DNA of 63,585 nucleotides. Source: an uncultured Frankiaceae bacterium (GTDB lineage: Bacteria; Actinomycetota; Actinomycetes; BP-191). A program made the translations under genes and the position numbers. Below, one piece after another: positions 57,418-63,585 of the stretch. Position 1 is the stretch's first letter, and every line of letters begins with the position of its first letter. The stretch spans positions 1-63,585 of the forward strand of contig CAZYXZ010000006.1 of the NCBI GenBank assembly GCA_964651395.1, read 5' to 3'. Below the pieces are notes generated by a model. It ran no database searches. It was not told the origin of the DNA and worked only from the letters and a program-made list of their open reading frames with translations.

Positions 57418-58314
57418 ATGGAAGTACTCGTGGGGACCGAGGACGGCCTGTTCCTCATCGAGGCGAACGGCGACCAGCACCGCGTGCTCGACGGCGCGGT
57501 CCGCCACGTCGTCGGCGCCGACGAGGGCAGCGTCGCGCTGCTGGCCGACGGCTCGCTGTGGAGCATCGACGGCACCGACGCGGCGGAGTTCGACGACCTC
57601 GTCGCGCTGAAGCCCAGCACGCTGCTGCTCGACGACGACGTCGTGTGGCTCGGCACGGCCGGGGCGCACCTCTACCGGGTCGAGGCCGAGGACAGCAAGC
57701 GCATGGAGGCCTTCGAGGTGATCGAGGGCCGGGACGCCTGGTACACGCCCTGGGGTGCCCCACCCGACGTCCGGTCCATCGACATCGACGACGACGGCAC
57801 GCTCTACGTCGCCGTACACGTCGGCGGCATCCTGCGCAGCACCGACAGCGGACGGACCTGGGCGCAGACCCTCGACATCGACCTGGACGTGCACCAGGTG
57901 AGCACCGTGCCGGAGTACGCGCAGACCGTCGTCGCCGCGTGCGCCGCCGGCCTCGCGCTCACGACCGACCGCGGCGACACCTGGGAGATCGACACGGCCG
58001 GGCTGCACGCGACGTACGCCCGCGCGGTCGCCGTGGCCGGCGACACGATCGTGCTGTCCGTCTCGGACGGCCCGGGCGGCGCGCAGTCCGCGCTCTACCG
58101 GCGACCGCTGGACGGCGAGTCCTTCCTCCCGTGCCGCAGCGGGCTGCCCGAGTGGTTCGCCGGCAACGTCGACACCCACTGCCTGGCCGCGTGGGACGAG
58201 TTCGTCGTCGCCGGTACGCCGGACGGCGGGGTCTACGTGAGCAACGACACCGGTGTCACCTGGCGCCAGCGGGCCGCCGCGCTCCCGCCCATCCGCGCGA
58301 TTGCGATCCCCTGA
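57418..58314 (+). CDS. BNR/Asp-box beta-propeller protein
   Basis: RSTDSGRTW, TTDRGDTW, SNDTGVTW Asp boxes; TAGGGT-N7-ATG. Confidence 0.82.
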   Translation: MEVLVGTEDGLFLIEANGDQHRVLDGAVRHVVGADEGSVALLADGSLWSIDGTDAAEFDDLVALKPSTLLLDDDVVWLGTAGAHLYRVEAEDSKRMEAFEVIEGRDAWYTPWGAPPDVRSIDIDDDGTLYVAVHVGGILRSTDSGRTWAQTLDIDLDVHQVSTVPEYAQTVVAACAAGLALTTDRGDTWEIDTAGLHATYARAVAVAGDTIVLSVSDGPGGAQSALYRRPLDGESFLPCRSGLPEWFAGNVDTHCLAAWDEFVVAGTPDGGVYVSNDTGVTWRQRAAALPPIRAIAIP

Positions 58315-58325
58315 AGCCAGAACCA

Positions 58326-58393
58326 AAGAGCGCAACTAAGGGCAACAGCGCCTACTGCCAGGCGTCCCGCTCTTTGCCCGTGGCTGCGCTCTT
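58326..58393. terminator. Long imperfect inverted repeat between convergent genes
   Basis: AAGAGCGCA-N5-GGGCAA...TTGCCC-N5-TGCGCTCTT. Confidence 0.5.
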
Positions 58394-58397
58394 GCTC

Positions 58398-58604
58398 TTA
58401 GCGGTCTTCCAGGCGGAAGCGGATGCGGCAGGTGGCCTGGTACTCGCTGATGACGTTGTCGCGGACCACGGCGGTCTGGTCGAGGATCTCCATCCCCTCG
58501 ATCCCGCGCAGTGTCTTGGCCGCCTCGGCGAGCGCGCGGTTGGCGGCGTCCGCCCAGTCCTTGGGGCTCACGCCCACGAGCTCGATGGTCTTGATGACTG
58601 CCAC
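58398..58604 (-). CDS. Dodecin (flavin/CoA-binding)
   Basis: VIKTIELVGVSPKDWADAANRALAEAAKTLRGI...EYQATCRIRFRLE. Confidence 0.9.
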   Translation of the reverse strand: MAVIKTIELVGVSPKDWADAANRALAEAAKTLRGIEGMEILDQTAVVRDNVISEYQATCRIRFRLEDR

Positions 58605-58639
58605 GGTGCGGTGCCTCTCGCTCGGACGGACGTCGACGA

Positions 58640-59533
58640 CTAGCTGGGGTACTTCGCGAGCAGCTCCTTGAGCCGGTCTACGAAGCGCAGCGACTCGTCG
58701 TGCTCGCGCTGCCAGATGTTGCGGCCGAAGATCAGGCCGCAGGCGCCCGCCTCCAGCGACATGCGCGCCTTCTCGAACACGTCCTCGTCGCCGGCCTTCT
58801 CGCCGCCGGAGAGCAGCACCGGCGAGCGGTTGGCGCTGCGCACAACGGCGTTGACCGCGTCCTGGTCGGAGTAGTCGAGACCGACGTACTCCTTCTTGGC
58901 TCCCTCCGTCTTGCCGACGGCCGGGAAGTTCAGCTTGATGATGTCCGCACCGAGCTCGCTGGCGGTACGGGCGGCGTAGTCGATCGCGTAGAACGAGTCC
59001 TTGCCGCCGGCCTTGTTGACCGCCGAGCCGCGCGGGTACGCCCACACGATCAGCGGGATGCCGAAGGCCTCGGCGTCGGCGCGGATCCGCTTGTACTGCT
59101 CGAAGTCGCGCTCCTGCGCCGGCGAGCCGACGTACATCGTGTAGCCGACGGCGTCGGCGCCCAGGCGCACGGCCTCCTCGACCTCGGCGTGCACCGGCGA
59201 GAACGCCTCGTCGTCCGGGGGCAGCTCGGTCTTGCCGTTGAGCTTGAGGACCAGCGGCACCTCGCCGGCGTAGTCCCAGTAGAACTTCTCGGCGATGCCG
59301 ATCTGGATCGCGATGCCGTTGAAGCCGCCCTCGACGGCGAGCTTGACGATGTACTTCGGGTCGCCGGAGGCCGGGTTGGCGAAGAAGTCGCGCGGGCCGT
59401 GCTCGAGGCCCTGGTCGTACGGCAGGAAGATCGCCGTGCCGTTGCCGACGCCGTGCTTGTACAGGATCCGGTGCAGGCGGGCCTTCTTGCCGGTGTTCAG
59501 GCCGAGCTCGGACAGCGGTGGACGCAGCGACAT
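58640..59533 (-). CDS. Class I fructose-bisphosphate aldolase (DhnA/FbaB family)
   Basis: PYDQGLEHGP, VLKLNG, EAVRLGADAVGYT, WAYPRG, ELGADIIKLNFP (Schiff-base Lys), FGRNIWQ. Confidence 0.9.
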   Translation of the reverse strand: MSLRPPLSELGLNTGKKARLHRILYKHGVGNGTAIFLPYDQGLEHGPRDFFANPASGDPKYIVKLAVEGGFNGIAIQIGIAEKFYWDYAGEVPLVLKLNGKTELPPDDEAFSPVHAEVEEAVRLGADAVGYTMYVGSPAQERDFEQYKRIRADAEAFGIPLIVWAYPRGSAVNKAGGKDSFYAIDYAARTASELGADIIKLNFPAVGKTEGAKKEYVGLDYSDQDAVNAVVRSANRSPVLLSGGEKAGDEDVFEKARMSLEAGACGLIFGRNIWQREHDESLRFVDRLKELLAKYPS

Positions 59534-59572
59534 GAGGGTTCGCCTCCAGCGACGATCGGTGTGCCCCCGACT

Positions 59573-60145
59573 CTACCCAGCGCTCTTGATCTCCACGAGT
59601 TCCGGGTGGCAGACGGACAGCGTCTGCAGGGCGTTCCAGAGCTCGACGGCCTGCGACGGGTCCGGCGTCGCGGCGAGCTTGACGAACGAGGACGGGCCCG
59701 AGTCGTGGACGAGGGTCGGCGTACCGAAGATGCGCAGGATGTCGTGGCCGAAGGTGTGCTCGGCCGCGACGGCGAGACGCCACCGGTGGATGTCGGCCTC
59801 GAAGGCGACCACGTCGACGCCGGCGTCCGCGGCCATCGCGTTGAGCTCGAGCGCGGTCACCGTGCGGTGCTGTGGCCCGTGCATCGCCTCGAAGACCGCC
59901 CGGTGGTACGCCGGGAAGTCGCCCGCGCGCGCGGCGTGCGACAGCGCGAGCGCGCGCACCGAGACGCTGTCGAGTGCCGGGTCGGTGAGGATCGACGGCG
60001 TGCCGGCGGCGCGGTTCTTCTCCTTCAGCGAGAACGTCGCCCAGTTGACGAACAGGTCGCTCTTGCGCGCCTGCACGTCGTTGAGCCACTGCCAGACCCG
60101 GTACGAGTAGCCGCACGTGTAGTCGAACCAGACGGTTACCGCCAT
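59573..60145 (-). CDS. DsbA/thioredoxin-fold protein
   Basis: VWFDYTCGYS (CxxS), FGTPTL. Confidence 0.75.
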   Translation of the reverse strand: MAVTVWFDYTCGYSYRVWQWLNDVQARKSDLFVNWATFSLKEKNRAAGTPSILTDPALDSVSVRALALSHAARAGDFPAYHRAVFEAMHGPQHRTVTALELNAMAADAGVDVVAFEADIHRWRLAVAAEHTFGHDILRIFGTPTLVHDSGPSSFVKLAATPDPSQAVELWNALQTLSVCHPELVEIKSAG

Positions 60146-61518
60146 CGACCGGATGTCTCCTCGACCTTCTCCCACGCCTTGCGCGCGGCGATCAGCACAG
60201 GATCCCAGACGGGTGCGAACGGCGGCGCGTAGGACAGGTCGAGGCTGAGCACCTCGTCGACGTCCATCTCGTTCCAGAGCGCCGTCGCCAGGACGTCGAT
60301 GCGCTTCGCGGCGCCCTCGCGGCCGACGATCTGCGCACCCAGGAGGCGGCCGGTCGCGGCCTCCGCGATGATCTTCGTGCGCATCTGGGTGGCACCAGGG
60401 AAGTAGCCGGCACGGGTCGTCGACTCGACGACGACGCTGACGTGCTCGTAGCCGGCCAGCGTCGCCTGCGCCTCGGTCAGACCCGTGCGCGCTACCTCGA
60501 GCGAGCAGACCTTGCTGACCGCCGTACCGACCACGCCCGGGAAGGTGGCGTAGCCGCCGCCGATGTTGATGCCCGCGACCCGGCCCTGCTTGTTGGCGTG
60601 CGTGCCCAGCGCGATGGCCACCGGATGCCGGGCTACGCGGTGGTAGGTCTCGACGCAGTCGCCCGCGGCCCACACCCCTTGCACGGACGTGTGCATGCGG
60701 AGGTCGGTCTTGATGCCGTGCGTGACGCCGACCTCGACGCCGGCCGCCTCGGCCAGCGCGGTGTTCGGCCGGGTGCCCAGGCCCAGGATGACGATGTCGG
60801 CCGGCAGGGTCATCTCGTCCGTGACCACGCCGGCCACCTTGCTGCCCAGCGCGTTGAAACCGGTGACGTTCTGGCCGGTGTGCACGGCGATGCCCATCTC
60901 GCGGATCGCGTCGCCCACGAGCGCGCCCATGTCGGGGTCGAGCGTCGACATCGGCTGGGGGCCCTTGTCGACGATCGCCACCTCGATGCCACGCAGGTGC
61001 AGCGCCTCAGCCATCTCGATGCCGATGTAGCCACCGCCCACCACGACCGCACGCCGGATCTCTCCGAAGGCGAGCGCCTTCCGGATCGCGACGCCGTCGT
61101 CGATGGTCTGGACGCCGAATATCCCTTCGGCGCGGCTGCCGGGCAGGTCGGGCCGGATCGGCGTCGTCCCCGTCGCGATCACGAGCTGGTCGAACGGCTC
61201 CACCTTCGTCCGCGCGCCGTCCAGGTCCTTCACCCGAACCGTGCGCTCGACCAGGTCGATCTCCTCGACCTCGTGCCGGATCTTCGCGTCGATGTTGAAG
61301 TCGTCGCGGAACGTCTCCGGGCTGCGAGTGATCAGCTTCTCGAGGTCCGTGACCACGTCGCCGACCCAGTACGGGATCCCGCACGCCGAGTACGACGTGT
61401 GGTGGCCGCGCTCGAAGGCCACGATCTCGAGGTCGTCCGGCCCCCGGCGCTTGCGGGCCTGCGAGGCCGCGCTCATGCCCGCGGCGTCTCCTCCGATGAC
61501 CACCAGTCGCTCGCTCAT
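60136..61518 (-). CDS. CoA-disulfide reductase/NADH oxidase-like flavoprotein
   Basis: IGGDAAGMSAA, YSACGIPY (redox Cys), VGGGYIGIE, WAAGDC, ALGTHANKQG, YAPPF. Confidence 0.92.
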   Translation of the reverse strand: MSERLVVIGGDAAGMSAASQARKRRGPDDLEIVAFERGHHTSYSACGIPYWVGDVVTDLEKLITRSPETFRDDFNIDAKIRHEVEEIDLVERTVRVKDLDGARTKVEPFDQLVIATGTTPIRPDLPGSRAEGIFGVQTIDDGVAIRKALAFGEIRRAVVVGGGYIGIEMAEALHLRGIEVAIVDKGPQPMSTLDPDMGALVGDAIREMGIAVHTGQNVTGFNALGSKVAGVVTDEMTLPADIVILGLGTRPNTALAEAAGVEVGVTHGIKTDLRMHTSVQGVWAAGDCVETYHRVARHPVAIALGTHANKQGRVAGINIGGGYATFPGVVGTAVSKVCSLEVARTGLTEAQATLAGYEHVSVVVESTTRAGYFPGATQMRTKIIAEAATGRLLGAQIVGREGAAKRIDVLATALWNEMDVDEVLSLDLSYAPPFAPVWDPVLIAARKAWEKVEETSGRWR

Positions 61519-61590
61519 GATCACCAGCCTGGCAGAGGGCGCTGCGCCAGGGAACAGGGCAAATCGGTCGCGCCGTATACGGTCTGCGAC

Positions 61591-62235
61591 GTGCCTCTTG
61601 CAGTCGGGTTCGACCTCGGCGTCAACTCCGCAGCCGGTTTCGCCCTCTACGCCGTCGTCTGGGCGGCCGTCTTCATCGAGTCCGGGCTGCTCATCGGCTT
61701 CTTCCTGCCGGGCGACACACTGCTCTTCGCCGCCGGCGTCGCGGCGGCGTCCGGACGGGCCAACATCGTCGTGCTCATGGCCGGCTGCGTCGTCTTCGCC
61801 ATCCTCGGCGACTCGGTCGGCTACCTGATCGGCAAGCGCGCAGGGCGGCCGCTCCTCCAACGTCGCGACGGCCGTGTGCTCAACCAGCACAACCTGAAAC
61901 GGGCCACCGACTTCTACGACCGCTACGGCAGCGCGACGATCGTCATCGCGCGCGTCGTCCCGATGGTGCGGACCTTCGCGCCGCTCATCGCCGGCTGCAC
62001 CGAGATGAACTACCGCAAGTTCCTGATGTGGAACGTCCTCGGCGGCCTCGCGTGGGGCACGATCGTCCCCTACGCCGGCTACCTCGTCGGGGAGAGCGTG
62101 CCCGGCGTCGAGAAGTACGCGCTGGCCGCCGCCGGCCTCATGGTGCTGCTGTCCCTCATCTCCCCGGTGGTGCACTACATCCGGGCCGGCAAGCAGATCG
62201 AGGAGACGACCGAGGACACCGAGCTCGTTCCCTAA
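61591..62235 (+). CDS. DedA/VTT family membrane protein
   Basis: FIESGLLIGFFLPGDTLLF, GDSVGYLIG, ARVVPMVRTFAP; TACGGT-N7-GTG. Confidence 0.93.
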   Translation: MPLAVGFDLGVNSAAGFALYAVVWAAVFIESGLLIGFFLPGDTLLFAAGVAAASGRANIVVLMAGCVVFAILGDSVGYLIGKRAGRPLLQRRDGRVLNQHNLKRATDFYDRYGSATIVIARVVPMVRTFAPLIAGCTEMNYRKFLMWNVLGGLAWGTIVPYAGYLVGESVPGVEKYALAAAGLMVLLSLISPVVHYIRAGKQIEETTEDTELVP

Positions 62236-63584
62236 GGCAGCGGCGGGGCGGCCGGCGTACGGCGGAGTGCCGCTTCGGTCGTGGTCAGCACGGGCAGCTT
62301 CGACAGCCCGAAGTGCGTCCAGACCAGCGGAGGGATGTCGCGGCGACGGCCGTGCTCGATCGCGTAGCGGTGCCCGTTGCCCGGCGCGACGATCGTGCCG
62401 TCGCGGAAGAGCAGCTGCGTCCCCGCGGGGTAGCGGCCCGTCTCGTCGGCCTCCGCGAACGTCCCGGCCGGGACGGTCCAGATGTCGGTCCAGGTCCAGC
62501 CGTGCGTCGCGAGCGTCGCGCCGTCCGGCACCCAACGACGCTCGTCGCCGTCGATGAGGAAGACCGCCGCACCGCCCGCCTCGCGAACCAGCTGGCCGGC
62601 CCACAGCGGTAGCGGGCTGAGCTCCGGTATCGGCAGACCGTCGACGAGCGACGGATCCGTCGACGGGCTCTCCGACGGGTCGGGTTCGGGCTCCGGCTGG
62701 CCTACGGGCAGGGCGGTCAGCACTCCAGAGGCGACCGGGCGCACGGTGCCGGTGACCAGGTCGAGCGCCGTGCCGAGCAGGTCGGCTGCCGGCCGGCGCA
62801 CGCCGTCCTCGACCAGCCAACGGACGCCGGCCGGGTCTGCGTACATGCCGTCACGGAGCACCATCGGCGGGCCGGCGGGGTACCAGGAGACCTCGGCCGG
62901 CTGCACGCGGACCACGCGGTCGAGCCGGTAGCCGAGCGCCTCGAGCAGGGTCCGCGACGTGATCGCGCGGCGGAGCCCGTCGTCGAGCAGGTAGACCGTG
63001 CTGCCCGACGAGACGAGGGTGCCGTCGGCGTGCGGCCCGGCCGTGCGGGCCGCGGTCCGCCGGACGGCGCGGGTCAGGGACGGCGCGGCGTTGACGGCGG
63101 GCGAGGACCAGCCGTCCCGGCCGCGACGCAGCTCGAAGTGCAGGTGCGGCGCGGTGGACTCGGCGTTGCCCGAGTCGCCGACCCAGCCGAGCTGCTGACC
63201 GGCGAAGACCGGGCGACCGCGGTCGAGGCCCGGCATGAACGCGTACGACGCCGTGCCCCGGCCGTCGTCGGTGCCGGGGGTGTCGTTGTTGACGTGCACG
63301 TAGGTGACCGACCACCCGTCCGCCGCGCCGCTGCACCGCACCGCGAGGTGGTTGCCGCCGCCGACCGAGGTCTCCCGCCGGATCGACGCGACCTCGCCGT
63401 CACACGCCGACACGATCGGCCGCATCTTCGGTGCCATCAGGTCCTGGCCGAGGTGCGGCCGCGTGCACCCCGACCGGCAGGCGCCCCAGGTGTCGCTCCA
63501 CGACGCGCCGCCGAGCACCGGGAAGACCAGCGGCGCGACGTACGTCCCGTTGAGGAACGGCGGCTCCGCCGAGTGCGACGGGAT
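62232..63584 (-). CDS. M23 family metallopeptidase with C-terminal repeats (5' end beyond window)
   Basis: HLGQD (HxxxD), YVHVN, VGDSGNA, PHLHFE (HxH); frame stays open to the window edge; three to four repeated x(V/Y)(Y/F/W)LxxxGxRR units. Confidence 0.88.
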   Translation of the reverse strand: MPSHSAEPPFLNGTYVAPLVFPVLGGASWSDTWGACRSGCTRPHLGQDLMAPKMRPIVSACDGEVASIRRETSVGGGNHLAVRCSGAADGWSVTYVHVNNDTPGTDDGRGTASYAFMPGLDRGRPVFAGQQLGWVGDSGNAESTAPHLHFELRRGRDGWSSPAVNAAPSLTRAVRRTAARTAGPHADGTLVSSGSTVYLLDDGLRRAITSRTLLEALGYRLDRVVRVQPAEVSWYPAGPPMVLRDGMYADPAGVRWLVEDGVRRPAADLLGTALDLVTGTVRPVASGVLTALPVGQPEPEPDPSESPSTDPSLVDGLPIPELSPLPLWAGQLVREAGGAAVFLIDGDERRWVPDGATLATHGWTWTDIWTVPAGTFAEADETGRYPAGTQLLFRDGTIVAPGNGHRYAIEHGRRRDIPPLVWTHFGLSKLPVLTTTEAALRRTPAAPPLP

Positions 63585-63585
63585 C

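Overview
High-GC actinobacterial chromosomal segment. It carries mshD, glnR, bldC, lmeA and a Streptomyces/Frankia/Mycobacterium-like core gene order. No integrase, transposase, rRNA or CRISPR array was seen. Layout: (1) 1-9.7 kb, surface polysaccharide cluster (GT4 x2, GT17-like, methyltransferase, fcl, WecB/TagA, acetyltransferase, priming sugar transferase, DUF4012). (2) 10-14.5 kb, GGDEF-EAL gene, acyl-CoA dehydrogenase and a TasA-like/SipW/minor-subunit fibre operon. (3) 14.5-19 kb, lmeA-glnR-mshD core. (4) 19-24 kb, subtilase, hemerythrin and two lipoproteins. (5) 24-25.5 kb, tRNA locus. (6) 25.5-34.5 kb, accessory block of secreted proteins with a CLCA-like zinc protease and an ECF sigma/anti-sigma pair. 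(7) 35-42 kb, bldC and Leu/Val dehydrogenase region. (8) 43-55.6 kb, purine cluster (purA, D, E, B, C, S, Q, L, F, M). (9) 56-63.6 kb, DUF3151, class I aldolase, redox genes, DedA and an M23 peptidase. The top observation is a 222-nt group I (IC3-like) intron at 24132-24353 that splits the anticodon of the tRNA-Lys(UUU) gene; both exons and the P1-P10 elements can be read directly from the sequence. Other leads are an in-frame loss of the GAQG catalytic motif in purA, a terminator-like purA leader, the SipW-dependent fibre operon, and an unnamed secreted domain shared by the CLCA-like protease and two neighbouring genes. All family assignments come from motif recognition by eye; no searches were run.
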